DNA of 64,000 bases from an uncultured Candidatus Rokubacteria bacterium (GCA_963826115.1 CAWGVS010000005.1:128001-192000), one strand, 5' to 3'; counted from the first letter of the stretch, positions 26,638 to 39,371 are shown. The notes: generated from the letters alone by a model not told the origin. Made by a program: numbers and translations.

Positions 26638-27798
26638 GTGGACTTCAGCCTGACCGAGGAGCAAGAGCGCTACCGGGCGCTGGTCCGGGAGTTCGCCCAG
26701 CAGGAAGTCGCGCCGCACGTGGCGGACTACGATCGGGAGGAGCGCTACCCGACCGAGATCGTGAAGAAGATGGCGCCGCTCGGGTTCCTGGGCGGCACCA
26801 TTCCCGAGGCGTACGGCGGTCCCGGCATCGACCACCTCACGATGGCGCTCGGCATCGAGGAGATGTCGCGCGTCTGCATCCACATGGGATCGGCGATGGG
26901 CCGGGCCGCCGGGCTCGTCGGGTCCGGCATCCTCCAGTTCGGCACCGAGGCGCAGAAGCAGCGCTATCTGGTCCCGCTCGCTCGCGGCGAGACCTTCGCG
27001 GGGACGGCGGTCACGGAGCCGCACTCGGGGACGGACGTCGCCGCCATGGAGACGACCGTCGTCCGTCGCGGCGACGAGTACATCATCAACGGCGCGAAGA
27101 TCTGGATCTCCGGCGTCGGCCTCGCCGAGTGGTACCTCACCTTCGCGACGCTCGACCGCGCGAAGGGGTCGAAGGGCATCTCTGCGTTCGTGGTGGAGCG
27201 CGGGTTCCCGGGCTTCAGCGAGCGGCTGATCCGGAACAAGCTCGCGTTCCGGCCCGCCCAGGTCGGGGAGCTCGTGTTCGAGGACTGCCGCGTGCCGGCG
27301 GCGAACCTGGTCGGCCGGGAAGGGGAGGGCTTGAAGGTCGCCCTCTGCGCCGTCGAGAACGGACGCCTCTCCGTGGCCTGCCGCGCGGTGGGTCTCGCGC
27401 AGGGTTGCCTCGACGCCTCGGTCGCCTATGCGCGGCACCGCGTCGTCCAGGGCCAGCCGATCGCCCGCTACCAGCTCGTGCAGGCGAAGATCGCCGAGAT
27501 GGTGATGGGGATCGAGTCGGCGCGCTACCTCACCTACCGGCTCGCGTGGCTAAAGGCCCAGGGGGTGCGCCGCGCGCGGCGCGAGTCGTCGATCGCGAAG
27601 CTCTACGCCTCGGAGATGGCGTTCCGGGCGGCGTCGGACGCCGTCCAGATCCACGGCGCGTACGGCGCCTCCGAGGAGTACGTGGTCGGCCGCTTCCTCC
27701 GGGACGCGAAGTTCCTCCAGGTGGTGGAGGGCGTGAACGACATCCACCGCGTCCTGATCGGCGAGTACGGCCTCGGCCTCCGCGAGGACCCCCGGTAA
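26638..27798 (+). CDS. Acyl-CoA dehydrogenase
   Basis: FSLTEEQ, IPEAYGG, VTEPHSGTD, INGAKIWIS, AVQIHGAYG, EGVNDI. Confidence 0.95.
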   Translation: MDFSLTEEQERYRALVREFAQQEVAPHVADYDREERYPTEIVKKMAPLGFLGGTIPEAYGGPGIDHLTMALGIEEMSRVCIHMGSAMGRAAGLVGSGILQFGTEAQKQRYLVPLARGETFAGTAVTEPHSGTDVAAMETTVVRRGDEYIINGAKIWISGVGLAEWYLTFATLDRAKGSKGISAFVVERGFPGFSERLIRNKLAFRPAQVGELVFEDCRVPAANLVGREGEGLKVALCAVENGRLSVACRAVGLAQGCLDASVAYARHRVVQGQPIARYQLVQAKIAEMVMGIESARYLTYRLAWLKAQGVRRARRESSIAKLYASEMAFRAASDAVQIHGAYGASEEYVVGRFLRDAKFLQVVEGVNDIHRVLIGEYGLGLREDPR

Positions 27799-27853
27799 CC
27801 ACCCTGGCTGATCTGCGTGGCGATGGCGAACTCCTGAATGGAGCTCGAATCGA

Positions 27854-28234
27854 GTGCCGCACAGACTGGGATTTGGCCCGTGTAGTTGCCTGAAACTTCC
27901 ACCGGGCTCCGGCATCAAGCAGTCCGTGTGTGCCCTGCTGCTCGAGCGGCTGGAAGGTTTGAAACGAGAGCCTCCCGCACGCCTCCGTGAGCTCCCCGGT
28001 TCTCGTGCCGATGAACGCGCCGCCGCGGGATGGAGATTGACCCTGACTACCTATTGCGGGGACGGCCCGGACGGCACGGTTGGCATCGTGGTTCAGGCGT
28101 TCGTGCCGACGTGGCGGTGGCCCACGTACGTGTCCCTCGGCGCCGTGGGCTACATGTTCGCGGAGGGATTCGTCCTGGCCCCGGACGACACGATCTCGGA
28201 GATGCCCGAGGAATGGCTCTGGCAATTTCGGTGA
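27854..28234 (+). CDS. Hypothetical protein (start uncertain)
   Basis: Protein-like C-terminal two-thirds (VVQAFVPTWRWPTY...AEGFVL); 5' part is atypically AT-rich. Confidence 0.5.
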   Translation: MPHRLGFGPCSCLKLPPGSGIKQSVCALLLERLEGLKREPPARLRELPGSRADERAAAGWRLTLTTYCGDGPDGTVGIVVQAFVPTWRWPTYVSLGAVGYMFAEGFVLAPDDTISEMPEEWLWQFR

Positions 28235-28299
28235 GCCCCGCCAAGGCGGTGGGCCGCTGAGGCCCCGAGGGGCCGGGGCGCGCACAGCGCGACGTATCG

Positions 28300-29223
28300 C
28301 TAGCTGCTGGCGCGGACCGCGGCGAACGTGCGGCGGAGGCCCTCGTCGAGCGGGACGCGGGGCGCCCAGTCGAGGAGCTGGCGGGCGCGCGAGGCGTCGA
28401 GGAGGCTCCGGCGCTGCTCCCCGGGACGCGCGGGGCCGTGGCGGCGCTCCCCGCGACCGCCGAACGCCGCGCGGAGCGTCTCGAAGAGCTCGACGACGGT
28501 CGTCTCGATCCCGGTGCCGATGTTGATCGGGCCCGTCACGTGGGGTCGCTCGAGAGCCCGGAGCGCCGCCTCGGCCACGTCGCCCACGTACACGTAGTCG
28601 CGCGTCTGGAGCCCGTCCCCGTTGATGAGGCACGGCTCGCCGCGCAAGAGGCGATCCGTGAAGATCGCGATCACTCCGGCCTCGCCGTGCGGATCCTGCC
28701 GGGGTCCGTAGATGTTCGCGAGCCGGAGGACGACGCCGCTCAGGCCGTGGAGCGCCTCCCAGCAGCCGAGGTAGAGCTCCGCCGCGACCTTCGAGGTGCC
28801 GTAGGGCGAGACTGGCCGGCTGGGGTGGCTCTCGGGCGTCGGGATCACGTCGGTGTCCCCGTACCCGGCGCCGCCCGTCGAGACGTAGACCACGCGGCGA
28901 GTCCCGGCCCGGCGGCAGCTCTCCAGGAGGTTGACGGTCCCGAGCACGTTGATCTCGGCGTCGAGGCGCGGGTTCGCGACCGAGCGACTGACCGAGGCCT
29001 GAGCGGCGAGGTGGACCACGGCCTCGGGCGTTTCGGCGCGGAAGACGTCGTCGAGCGCCGCGCTCCGGATGTCGGTCACGTGGAGCCGGGCGGCGGGGTT
29101 GACCTGCTGTCGCCGGCCAGTGCTGAGGTCGTCCACGGCCGCCACCTGGTGGCCGGCCTCGACGCAGCGGTCCACGACGTGGGAGCCGATGAAGCCCGCG
29201 CCGCCGGTCACGAGGATCTTCAC
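28300..29223 (-). CDS. NAD-dependent epimerase/dehydratase (UDP-glucose 4-epimerase-like)
   Basis: ILVTGGAGFIGSH, YGTSK, NIYGPRQDPHGEAGV, GDGLQTRDYVYV. Confidence 0.93.
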   Translation of the reverse strand: MKILVTGGAGFIGSHVVDRCVEAGHQVAAVDDLSTGRRQQVNPAARLHVTDIRSAALDDVFRAETPEAVVHLAAQASVSRSVANPRLDAEINVLGTVNLLESCRRAGTRRVVYVSTGGAGYGDTDVIPTPESHPSRPVSPYGTSKVAAELYLGCWEALHGLSGVVLRLANIYGPRQDPHGEAGVIAIFTDRLLRGEPCLINGDGLQTRDYVYVGDVAEAALRALERPHVTGPINIGTGIETTVVELFETLRAAFGGRGERRHGPARPGEQRRSLLDASRARQLLDWAPRVPLDEGLRRTFAAVRASS

Positions 29224-29231
29224 GCCGCCGC

Positions 29232-29306
29232 ATTATGGAGGCCCGGTCGGCGCGTGCCAAGCACCTTGTAGCGGGCCTTGGGCCACGTTCGCGTTCGGGC
29301 TAAGGT
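29232..29306. promoter_or_regulatory. Divergent sigma70-type promoters, both probably leaderless
   Basis: Minus: TTGGCA-17-CATAAT-8-GTG(29223). Plus: TTGGGC-17-TAAGGT-7-ATG(29314). Confidence 0.55.
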
Positions 29307-29313
29307 GAGCGCC

Positions 29314-31404
29314 ATGAGCGCGACCGGCGCCCCGGGAAGCGGGCGCGACCCCGCGGGTCTCGGCCGTCTGTTCGCGCCGCGCGCGATCGCGCTGATCGGC
29401 GTGCCTGGAGACCTCTCGCGTCCGGGCGCCCGCCCGCTCCACTTTCTCCGGCGTCACGGGTACGCGGGTCGCCTGTATCCGGTGAACCCCGGGCATCGGA
29501 CGATCGGGGACCTGCCGGCGTATCCGTCCCTCGACGCGCTGCCGGAGCGCCCCGATGTCGCGTGGATCGGCCTGCCGGCGGCCCAGGCGCCCACCGCCGT
29601 CGCGGCGTGCGGCCGTGCCGGCGTGCCGTACGCGGTGGTGCTGGGCGCCGGGTTCGCCGAGACCGGGGAGTCGGGCGCGCAGGAGCAGGCGCGCCTGATC
29701 GAAGCCGCTCGGGATGCCGGCGTGCGGCTCCTCGGACCGAATACCGTCGGTTTCGTGAACGCCTGGGACCGGGTCGCGCTCACCTTCTCGACCGTCGGCG
29801 AGCTCGACACCCTCGTCCCCGGACCGGTGGCCGTGCTCTCGCAGTCGGGCGGGCTCGGCGGGTGTCTTCTCGACCGCGCCACGGAGCGACACCTGGGCGT
29901 GGGTCTGTTCGTCTCGACGGGAAACGAGGCGGACCTCTCGCTGGCCGACTACCTCGACTGGCTGGTCGAGGACGGGCGCGCGCGCGCCGTCGCATGCCTC
30001 GTCGAGCAGGTGCGCGCCCCCGGGCGCGTCGCGGCTGCCGTCGAGCGCGCGGCGTCGCGCGGCATCGCGGTGGTGGCCCTCAAGCTCGGCGCCTCCGCCT
30101 CGGGCTCGCGGGCCGCGCGCTCGCACACGGGCTCGCTCGCCGGCGGGCGCGACGCCTGGAGGGCGTGGTCGCGGACGGCGGGGCTCATCGAGGTCACCGA
30201 GCTCGACCACCTCGTGGAGACGGCGGTCCACCTCGCGCGGACGCCGGCGCTCGGCGGGTCGCGCATGGCGATGGTGACGTCTTCGGGGGGCGTCGCGGTG
30301 CTGCTCGCGGACGCGCTGGAGCCCCGGGGCTTCGCGTTCGCCCCGCTCGCCGAGGAGACGGCGCGGGAGGTGCGAGCGCTGCTCCCCGCCTACGTGACGG
30401 TGACCAACCCGCTCGACATCACGGCCGGCCTCCCGGACGAGACCTTCGGTAAGGTGCTCGCCGCGGTGGCCGGGGACCCGGGCATCGACGTCGTCGTCGT
30501 GCCGCTCACGCTCGCCACCGCCGGCGGAGGCGCGGCGCGCGCCGAGCAGGTCGCGCGGGCGGCGCGCGGAGCCGGGAAGCCCCTGGTCGTTTGCTGGCCC
30601 GGGGGGCGGCTCGTCCGCGAGGGGTTCCGGGTGCTGGACGAGGCAGGCGTGCCGCTGTTCGCCACGGTCGCGGGGTGCGCCGCGGCGCTGGGCGCCGCCC
30701 GCGAGTTTCGGGACGTCCGCGCGCGGCCGGCGCGCGTGGTGCCACCGGCCGCCGCGCTGGCGGTCCCGGCCGGCGCGGGCGCGCTGTCGTGGACGTCGAC
30801 GCGGGACCTCGTGGCCGCCGCCGGACTCCGCATGGCGTCCGAGGTGATCGTCCGTGACGAGAGAGAGGTCCGCGCCGCGGCGGACCGTTTCCGCTATCCG
30901 GTCGCCGTCAAGGTGCTGGGACCGCTTCACCGGTCGGACGTGGGCGGCGTGCGGCTGGGGGTCGCCAACCTCGACGAGGTCGTCGCGACCGTCGCGTCGC
31001 TCCGCCCGCTGGGCGAGGCGTGTCTCATCCAGCCGATGGTCGCGGGGCTCGAGGTGCTGGTCGGGGCCATTCGCGATCCGGAACTCGGCCCGTTCGTCCT
31101 GGTGGCGCCGGGCGGCGTGCGGGCGGAGCTCTACGGCGAGCGCGCCATGGCGCCCGCTCCCTGCGATTCGGCGACGGCCGAGCGGCTGATCCGCGAGTGC
31201 CGGAGCCTCGACGCGCTCGTCGAGGGCCACCGGGGGGGCTCGGCCGCGGACCGCGCGGCCCTGGTCGACGCGATCGTGCGCGCCGCCGCGCTGGCGGCGG
31301 GGATCGGGTCGCGCCTCGCCGCCCTCGACCTGAACCCGGTGATCGTCGGGCCGCCGGGCGCCGGCGCCACGGTGGTGGATGCGCGCATCCTCATCGAGCC
31401 GTGA
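29314..31404 (+). CDS. Acetate--CoA ligase (ADP-forming) family
   Basis: LFAPRAIALIG, YPVNP, LGPNTVG, SQSGG, STGNEAD, SHTGSLAG, NPLD, HRSDVGGV, DLNPV. Confidence 0.92.
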   Translation: MSATGAPGSGRDPAGLGRLFAPRAIALIGVPGDLSRPGARPLHFLRRHGYAGRLYPVNPGHRTIGDLPAYPSLDALPERPDVAWIGLPAAQAPTAVAACGRAGVPYAVVLGAGFAETGESGAQEQARLIEAARDAGVRLLGPNTVGFVNAWDRVALTFSTVGELDTLVPGPVAVLSQSGGLGGCLLDRATERHLGVGLFVSTGNEADLSLADYLDWLVEDGRARAVACLVEQVRAPGRVAAAVERAASRGIAVVALKLGASASGSRAARSHTGSLAGGRDAWRAWSRTAGLIEVTELDHLVETAVHLARTPALGGSRMAMVTSSGGVAVLLADALEPRGFAFAPLAEETAREVRALLPAYVTVTNPLDITAGLPDETFGKVLAAVAGDPGIDVVVVPLTLATAGGGAARAEQVARAARGAGKPLVVCWPGGRLVREGFRVLDEAGVPLFATVAGCAAALGAAREFRDVRARPARVVPPAAALAVPAGAGALSWTSTRDLVAAAGLRMASEVIVRDEREVRAAADRFRYPVAVKVLGPLHRSDVGGVRLGVANLDEVVATVASLRPLGEACLIQPMVAGLEVLVGAIRDPELGPFVLVAPGGVRAELYGERAMAPAPCDSATAERLIRECRSLDALVEGHRGGSAADRAALVDAIVRAAALAAGIGSRLAALDLNPVIVGPPGAGATVVDARILIEP

Positions 31405-31489
31405 CGCCGCTCCGGGCGCGTGTCGCGCGTCGAAACGTCACGATCGCGGTCACGATCATCGCGAAAGGGCGCGGCGCCGCACAAAGCGG

Positions 31490-31517
31490 TTGCCGGCCGC
31501 GCGGCCCGGCCTATAAT
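31490..31517 (+). promoter_or_regulatory. sigma70-type promoter for the moxR operon
   Basis: TTGCCG-16-TATAAT (perfect -10). Confidence 0.6.
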
Positions 31518-31567
31518 GGGTCCACGCATCACGCGCTCGGACCGACTCCATCGACCGGGGGGTAGGG

Positions 31568-32578
<1,011 letters not shown>

Positions 32579-32600
32579 TCCCCGCATCAAGGAGACGTCC

Positions 32601-34073
32601 ATGGCATACGGCGCAGCCCTCGGCCTCACGATCTCCCGCCTGACGCGGCTGATACGACAGCGCCGTGCGCTGTTCTACGGCGTGCGCGGGCTGACGTGGG
32701 GCCTGTGCGTTTCGATAGTCCCGGTGGCGCTCCGCGCCATGATCGGGCCCTGGGCATTGCCCGTGGCGGGCGGGCTCGCCGCCGCCGGCGCGCTCGTCGG
32801 TGTCCTCTACGGCCTGCTCCTCCGGGTGCCGGCGGGGGACGCGCTGGGCTTGGCCGACCGCGCGTTCGGTCTCAAGGACCGTCTCGCCACGGCGCACGAC
32901 CTCCTCGGCCGTCCGGAGCGCGGGCACCTGGCCGAGGCGGCCATCGAGGACGCCGAGCAGCACGCCGGCCAGATCGCGCTCTCGCGGGCCGTGCCCTGGC
33001 GGTGGCCGCGGGAGATGAAGCTCCTTCCCGCTCCCGTCCTGGCCCTGGCGGTGCTGCCGTACCTCCCGCCGGTCCCGGTTCTCGACGTGTCCATGCCCAA
33101 CTTCACGCCGGCGACCGAGGAAGAGAAGAAGCCGGAGGCCACCGGTCCGCAGCAGGCGATCGAGCGGCACCAGCCGAAGAAGACCGAGAAGGTCGAGCGC
33201 GTGGAGATGCAGGACCGCGACTACCAGATGCGTCCCAACCCGGACAGCCGGGAGCACACCAAGGGTGACCTGGGCGCGGCCTTCAAGGACACGAACGTCG
33301 CGACCAAGCGGCCCGACTTCTCGAGCTTCCTGAAGCAGGGCGACGAGCGGATCCGGCTTCTCGAGCGGGTCGACAGCCTCCCCGACCTCCAGCGGGACTT
33401 CACGCAGAGCCAGTACAAGGTGATGTTCCGCAAGTCGCGCAGCCTCCTCTCCGGGATGGACCCGCGTCAGATGACGCCGGAGAAGCTCCGCCAGCTGCTC
33501 GAGGAGATGAACCGGATGGGCCGGCGCCCCAGCAGCGGCTCGGGCGGCGAGGGCGACTGGGGCCAGGAGATGATGGAGGGCGCCGAGGCGCTCGACCGGG
33601 GCCAGATGGACAAGGCCATGGAGGCCATGGAGCGGGCGCTCCAGAAGATGCGGGCGCAGGAGGAGCGCGACCGCGGCGGCAAGGGGCTCCAGAGCGGCAA
33701 GAATCAGGGCCGCGGTCGGGACGGGGACCGCGGCGCCGGCGGCCGCCCCGGCGAGGACGACCCGGACTTCGGCGAGGGGCAGGGCTCCCTCCCGGGGAAG
33801 GGGACGAACCCCGGGTGGCGGGGCGATCCGACGAACCGGCTCGGGCAGAACCCGCTCGACATCGGCGTCGAGGGCCAGATGCGCAAGGGGCGGCGCGAGT
33901 CCTACGACACGAACATGCTCGGCAAGGGCGCCCAGAATCCGTCGCGGCTGCCCTCGATGAGCGTGGTCACCCAGTACCGCAAGATGATGGAGGAGGCTCT
34001 GGCGAAGGAGGCGATCCCGCTCGACTACCGTAGTCAGGTGCGGGACTACTTCCAGGCGCTCGAGGAGCGCTGA
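32601..34073 (+). CDS. Membrane protein with long helical/disordered C-terminus (MoxR-operon associated)
   Basis: N-terminal TMs, DRAFGLKDRLATA, C-terminal IPLDYRSQVRDYF motif typical of MoxR-cluster partners; AAGGAG RBS. Confidence 0.8.
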   Translation: MAYGAALGLTISRLTRLIRQRRALFYGVRGLTWGLCVSIVPVALRAMIGPWALPVAGGLAAAGALVGVLYGLLLRVPAGDALGLADRAFGLKDRLATAHDLLGRPERGHLAEAAIEDAEQHAGQIALSRAVPWRWPREMKLLPAPVLALAVLPYLPPVPVLDVSMPNFTPATEEEKKPEATGPQQAIERHQPKKTEKVERVEMQDRDYQMRPNPDSREHTKGDLGAAFKDTNVATKRPDFSSFLKQGDERIRLLERVDSLPDLQRDFTQSQYKVMFRKSRSLLSGMDPRQMTPEKLRQLLEEMNRMGRRPSSGSGGEGDWGQEMMEGAEALDRGQMDKAMEAMERALQKMRAQEERDRGGKGLQSGKNQGRGRDGDRGAGGRPGEDDPDFGEGQGSLPGKGTNPGWRGDPTNRLGQNPLDIGVEGQMRKGRRESYDTNMLGKGAQNPSRLPSMSVVTQYRKMMEEALAKEAIPLDYRSQVRDYFQALEER

Positions 34074-34078
34074 GCCGG

Positions 34079-35002
34079 ATGGCGCGCCTCGTGCGTTCGG
34101 CCACCGCCAGCGGGCCGTCGCCGGCGGCTGAGCGCTTCTTCTCGAACGCGTTCCTCATGCAGCTCGAGCGCCTCGGTTTCGTGTCGAAGCGCTCGCACGT
34201 GGGCGCGGTCAAGGGCGAGCGGAAGAGCCCGCGCCGCGGCTCCAGCGTCGAGTTCGCCGACTACCGCCCGTACGAGGTCGGCGACGACCTCCGCTACGTC
34301 GACTGGAACGCGTTCGCGCGCCTGAACAAGCTGTTTCTCAAGGTGTTCATCGACGAGGAGGATCTGTGCATCCACCTCCTCCTCGACGCGAGCGGGTCCA
34401 TGGACTACGGCACGCCCAACAAGTTCCGGTATGCCGTCCGCCTGGCCGCCGCGCTGGCGTTCATCGGGTTCGTGAACCTCGAGCGAGTCGGCGTGGCGGT
34501 GTTCCGCGACCGGGTCGCCGAGGGGTGGCTCCCGACCCGAGGGCGCAACCAGTTCCTCCCGATCCAGGAGTTCCTCGCCAACCTCTCCCCCGGCGGGGGC
34601 ACGGCCTTCAACGACGCGCTCAAGCAGTACGCGCGGCGCGCGAAGGACGCCGGCGTGGCCGTCGTGATCTCCGACTTCCTGGACCCGGCGGGCTACACCT
34701 CGGGGCTGCGCGCGCTCATGGAGCGACGCTTCGACATCCACGTGCTCCACCTCCTGGCGCCCGACGAGCTGCGGCCCATGCTCGGTGGGGACCTGGAGCT
34801 GGTCGACGCCGAGACCGGGGAGGTGCGCGAGGTGTCGGTGGACGCCGAGGTGCTCCGGAGCTACGAGCGCCAGCTGGGGACGTTCATCTCGGGCATCGAG
34901 GGGTTCTGCCGGTCCAACGAGCTGGACTACGTGCGCGTCATCAGCGACATGCCGGTCGAGGACCTCCTGCTCCGCCGCCTCAAGGGGGGCCTGCTCCAGT
35001 GA
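34079..35002 (+). CDS. DUF58 family protein
   Basis: GSSVEFADYRPYEVGDDLRYVDWN, LLDASGSM, VISDFLD. Confidence 0.95.
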   Translation: MARLVRSATASGPSPAAERFFSNAFLMQLERLGFVSKRSHVGAVKGERKSPRRGSSVEFADYRPYEVGDDLRYVDWNAFARLNKLFLKVFIDEEDLCIHLLLDASGSMDYGTPNKFRYAVRLAAALAFIGFVNLERVGVAVFRDRVAEGWLPTRGRNQFLPIQEFLANLSPGGGTAFNDALKQYARRAKDAGVAVVISDFLDPAGYTSGLRALMERRFDIHVLHLLAPDELRPMLGGDLELVDAETGEVREVSVDAEVLRSYERQLGTFISGIEGFCRSNELDYVRVISDMPVEDLLLRRLKGGLLQ

Positions 35003-38000
35003 GCTTCCTGCAGCCCTGGGCGTTCCTGCTGCTCGGACTGGCGATCCCGCTGCTCCTCCTGTACTTCCTGAAGGTTCGCCGCCAGCAGCGTCGCGTGTCC
35101 TCGGTCATCCTCTGGACGCCCGTCTTCCGGGACCAGCAGGCGTCGGCCCTGTTCCAGCGGCTCCAGCTCGACCCGCTCCTCCTGCTCCAGCTCCTGGCGC
35201 TCCTGCTCCTGTGCGCGGCGCTCGCCCGTCCGACCCTCACGCTCCAGGGCAAGGGGGCCGAGCGGCTGATCTTCGTGGTCGACACCTCCGCCTCGATGAA
35301 GGCGCGGGACGTCGGGACGACGCGCATCCGCGAGGCGCAGCAGCGAGCGGCCGCCCTCATCGCCGAGGCGGGGCAGGGCGCCGAGCTGATGGTCATCGAG
35401 GCGGGCTCCCAGCCGACGATCCGCCTCCACTTCACCCGGGACCGGGACCGCGCCCGGCGGGCGATCTACGACATCGAGGCGCACGACCAGCCCAACCACC
35501 TGAGCGAGGCGATCCGCACGGCGCTGGCGCTGGTGCCCGCCATCGACCCGCGGATCCGCGTCCACGTGCTGACGGACGGCGCGTTCGACGCGGCGCAGGT
35601 GCGGGAGTTCCCGGATCCCCGGGTCCGGTGGGTCACGGTCGGCGGCGGCTCGCGGAACGTCGGCATCACGCAGTTCGCGGTGCGGAAGGCCTACTACGGG
35701 GCCTTCGACTACCAGGCGTTCCTGTCGGTCACGAACTTCTCCGACGAGCGCGTCTCGTTCCCGCTCGCGCTGACCATCGACGACCAGAAGATCAGCGAGC
35801 AGACGATCTCGCTGGACCCCCTGGTGAAGCGGAACGTCATCGTGCCGTTCACGCTCCAGACCGGCGGGGTGGTGAAGGCCGTGGCGGACGTCCGCGACGA
35901 CCTCGACGCGGACAACGTGGTCCAGGCGGTCGTGCCGGAGCCCCGGAAGCTCCGGGTCCTCCTGGTCAGTCCCGGGAACCTCTTCCTCGAGAAGGCGCTG
36001 CGCACCGACCCACAGGTGATCCTCGAGACGAAGACGCCCCCCGAGTACCAGGGCGGCATGGGGACGTACGACGTGGTCGTCCTCGACGGCACGTCGCCCG
36101 CGAAGATCGGCGGGGGCCGGTTCATCCTCGTCAACTCGACGCCCGGCGACGTCCCGATCGAGTCCCTCGGCACGATGGAGCAGCCCGTCGTCCTCGACTG
36201 GGTCCGCAACCACCCGGTCATGCGGTTCGTCGATCTGTCGAAGGTGGCGGTCGAGGAGGCGCTCCGCGTCCGGCCGCTGGCGGCGGGCAAGACGCTGCTG
36301 GAGGCGGTGGGTGGGCCCCTGATCTTCCTGCTCGAAGAGCCGCAGCGGAAGGCGGTGTTCGTCGGCTTCGACCTCTTCAAGACGGACCTGCCGCTGCGCG
36401 TCGCGTTCCCGCTGATCCTCGCCAACAGCATCCGGTGGCTCCAGCCCGTCGGTCTGGAGGGCTCGGACCTGATGGTCGCCGCCGGAGCGCCCTTCCTCCT
36501 CGCCGTCGAGCACGGCGTCCAGGAGGGCACGGTGCGCGATCCGAGCGGGACCTCGCAACGGGCGGAGATCACGCGGGGCGCGCTGTCGTTCGCGCAGACC
36601 GACCGGGTCGGCATCTACACGCTGAACACGGGCGGGAAGCGGGAGGTCCGGTTCGCCGTCAACCTCCTGGACGGCACCGAGTCGAACATCCGTCCGCAGC
36701 CGCTCGCGGTCTCGCCGGCGCCCACGGCCGGCGGCGTGGGCGACAGCTTCACGTACCAGCGCGAGCTGTGGCCCTTCCTCCTCGGCCTGGCGATGCTCAC
36801 GCTCGCGTTCGAGGGCTTCCTCTACTGGCGGAGGCAGACGGCCGGGCGTCTCGCGTGGCCGTCGCGGGCCTCGGACCGGTGGGCCCTCGCGAGCCGCGGG
36901 ACCGCGCTGGCGCTTCTCGCGTGGGCGCTCATGCAGCCCCAGTTCACCCGGTGGCTGGACCGGCAGAACGTCTTCTTCGTGGTCGACATGTCGGACAGTG
37001 TCAGCCTCGCCGCCCGCGAGACCGCCTACCGGTGGACCACGGGGGCGCTCGAGGGCATGAAGGCCGGCGACCGCGCGGGGCTGATCACGTTCGGGGGGGA
37101 CCCCCAGCTCGCCGAGCCGCTCCGGACCAACGCCACCTTCGCGCGCCCGCAGCCCCCGGCGGTGGGGCGGACCACGAACATCGCCCGCGCGATCCAGCTC
37201 GCGCAGGCCTCGCTGCCGCGCGGGGAGGCGAACCGCATCGTCATCCTGTCGGACGGTCGCGAGAACGCCGGCAAGGCGGTGGTCGCCGCGCAGGCCGCGA
37301 AGGACGCGAGCATCCCGATCTACTACTCGCCGGTCGGGCTCACGTTCCCCCAGGAGGTCGTCGTCGAGCAGCTGCTCCTGCCGAACGAGGTCAAGTTCGG
37401 CGAGCCCTTCTACGCGAGGGTCGTGGTGACCTCGGTCAAGGACGCGAGCGGGCGGCTGTCGCTGTACCGGAACGGCGAGTTCATCGGCTCGCAGGTGGTG
37501 CGGCTCAACGCGGGGAAGAACGTCCTGACGTACCGCCAGTCGCTCGAGCAGGCGGGCGTCCACGTCTACCAGGCGCTCGTCGAGGTCGAGGGAGACGTCA
37601 TCGAGGAGAACAACCGCGCGATCGGCATCACCGTGGTCCGGGGCAAGCCCCAGGTGCTCCTCGTCGACAAGGAGGAGGCGCAGGCCCAGAACCTGGCCAA
37701 CGCCCTCCGGTCCCAGTACTTCGACGTGCGGGTCGTCGGCCCCGAGGGCCTGCCGACGTCGATGGCCGGCCTCGAGAAGTTCGACGGGGTCATCCTGTCG
37801 AACGTCTCCTCGCTCAAGATGTCGCGCCAGCAGATGACCATGGTGCGCGACTACGTGCGCGACCAGGGCGGCGGGCTGGTCATGATCGGCGGCGAGGAGA
37901 GCTTCGGCCTGGGCGGCTTCTACCGCACGCCCGTCGAGGAGGCCCTGCCGGTCACCATGGAGGTGAAGCAGAAGGTCGAGATCCCGAGCCTCGCGGTCAT

Positions 38001-39366
38001 GCTCGTGATCGACCGGTCCGGCTCCATGGCGATGGGCATGAAGGACAACGACAAGATCAACAAGCTCGAGGTCGCGAAGGAGTCTTCGCACCTGGTCGTC
38101 GATCTCCTCGACGAGCGGAACGAGGTGGGCGTTCTCTCGTTCGACACCGAGTTCGTGTGGCACGTGCCCATCCAGGCCGCGAAGAACAAGCAGGCCATAC
38201 ACCGCGAGATCTCGGCGATCAAGGCCGGGGGCGGGACCGACGGCTACCCGGCGGTGCGCGAGGCGTACAAGGCCCTCTTCGACCGCGACGCATTGCTCAA
38301 GCACGTCATCTTCCTGTCGGACGGGCAGATGACGCGCGGGGATTTCGCCGGCCTGGTCCGGCGGATGGTCAAGGACAAGATCACGGTCTCCGGGGTCGCG
38401 ATCGGCTCCGACGCCGACGTCCAGCTGATGAACGACGTCTCCAAGTGGGGGCGCGGGCGCTTCTACTTCACCGAGGAGACCAGCACCGTCCCGCGGATCT
38501 TCACGCTGGAGACCCAGCTCGCATCGAAGGCGTCGCTGATCGAGCAGCCGTTCAAGGCGATCGTGACGAGTCCGAGCCACGAGGCGATCCAGGACATCGA
38601 CTGGCCCAAGGCGCCACCCCTCGGCGGTTACGTCGCGACCAGCATCAAGGGCACCGCCGACCAGCTCCTCATGACCCACCAGGAGGATCCGCTCCTGGCG
38701 GCCTGGCGGTACGGCCTCGGGCGGTCCGTGGCCTTCACTGCCGACGCCAAGGCGAAGTGGGGCATCCTCTGGCTCCGGTGGCCCAACTACAACAAGTTCT
38801 GGGCCCAGGTCGTCCGCTGGACGCTCCGAGCGAACACGCGGAGCGACACGACCGTCAGCGTCGACCGGCGAGACGGCCAGGCCGTGGTCACCGTCGACGG
38901 GATCGACACGAAGGGCGAGTTCATCAACTTCCTGGACGGCCAGCTCGGCGTCGTGAATCCCGACAAGCGGCAGTCGGTGGTCGAGATCGAGCAGGTCGCC
39001 CCGGGCCGCTACCGCGGCACCTTCCCGACGCCGGGTGAGGGGGTGTACCTGGCGGGCTTGACGACGCGCCGAGAGCAGCAGATGTTCGGGTCGCAGATCG
39101 TGGGTACCGTCGTACCCTACGCCCAGGAGTACCGGGAGCTGGGGGCCAACGAGAGCTTCCTGCGAGAGGTGAGCGAGCTGACCGGAGGCGGTCCGCTGAG
39201 CGACGCCAAGGAGTCCTTCACGCTGAACCGGCGCCGCTCTCGGATCCCGACCGACCTGTGGCCGTGGCTGGTGGGGCTGGTGACCGTGGCGCTGGTGCCG
39301 GAGATCGCGATGCGCCGGGTCGGCCCCGCTCTCGCGCGGCTCGCGTGGTGGAGGACAAGGAGGTAA
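34999..39366 (+). CDS. Large BatA-N / vWA / Ig-like / vWA / GATase1-like / vWA membrane protein (1455 aa)
   Basis: BatA-type N-terminus ([12 protein letters not shown]), three MIDAS motifs (DTSAS, DMSDS, DRSGS), [23 protein letters not shown]; GTGA overlap with DUF58. Confidence 0.9.
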   Translation: MSFLQPWAFLLLGLAIPLLLLYFLKVRRQQRRVSSVILWTPVFRDQQASALFQRLQLDPLLLLQLLALLLLCAALARPTLTLQGKGAERLIFVVDTSASMKARDVGTTRIREAQQRAAALIAEAGQGAELMVIEAGSQPTIRLHFTRDRDRARRAIYDIEAHDQPNHLSEAIRTALALVPAIDPRIRVHVLTDGAFDAAQVREFPDPRVRWVTVGGGSRNVGITQFAVRKAYYGAFDYQAFLSVTNFSDERVSFPLALTIDDQKISEQTISLDPLVKRNVIVPFTLQTGGVVKAVADVRDDLDADNVVQAVVPEPRKLRVLLVSPGNLFLEKALRTDPQVILETKTPPEYQGGMGTYDVVVLDGTSPAKIGGGRFILVNSTPGDVPIESLGTMEQPVVLDWVRNHPVMRFVDLSKVAVEEALRVRPLAAGKTLLEAVGGPLIFLLEEPQRKAVFVGFDLFKTDLPLRVAFPLILANSIRWLQPVGLEGSDLMVAAGAPFLLAVEHGVQEGTVRDPSGTSQRAEITRGALSFAQTDRVGIYTLNTGGKREVRFAVNLLDGTESNIRPQPLAVSPAPTAGGVGDSFTYQRELWPFLLGLAMLTLAFEGFLYWRRQTAGRLAWPSRASDRWALASRGTALALLAWALMQPQFTRWLDRQNVFFVVDMSDSVSLAARETAYRWTTGALEGMKAGDRAGLITFGGDPQLAEPLRTNATFARPQPPAVGRTTNIARAIQLAQASLPRGEANRIVILSDGRENAGKAVVAAQAAKDASIPIYYSPVGLTFPQEVVVEQLLLPNEVKFGEPFYARVVVTSVKDASGRLSLYRNGEFIGSQVVRLNAGKNVLTYRQSLEQAGVHVYQALVEVEGDVIEENNRAIGITVVRGKPQVLLVDKEEAQAQNLANALRSQYFDVRVVGPEGLPTSMAGLEKFDGVILSNVSSLKMSRQQMTMVRDYVRDQGGGLVMIGGEESFGLGGFYRTPVEEALPVTMEVKQKVEIPSLAVMLVIDRSGSMAMGMKDNDKINKLEVAKESSHLVVDLLDERNEVGVLSFDTEFVWHVPIQAAKNKQAIHREISAIKAGGGTDGYPAVREAYKALFDRDALLKHVIFLSDGQMTRGDFAGLVRRMVKDKITVSGVAIGSDADVQLMNDVSKWGRGRFYFTEETSTVPRIFTLETQLASKASLIEQPFKAIVTSPSHEAIQDIDWPKAPPLGGYVATSIKGTADQLLMTHQEDPLLAAWRYGLGRSVAFTADAKAKWGILWLRWPNYNKFWAQVVRWTLRANTRSDTTVSVDRRDGQAVVTVDGIDTKGEFINFLDGQLGVVNPDKRQSVVEIEQVAPGRYRGTFPTPGEGVYLAGLTTRREQQMFGSQIVGTVVPYAQEYRELGANESFLREVSELTGGGPLSDAKESFTLNRRRSRIPTDLWPWLVGLVTVALVPEIAMRRVGPALARLAWWRTRR

Positions 39367-39371
39367 CCACG

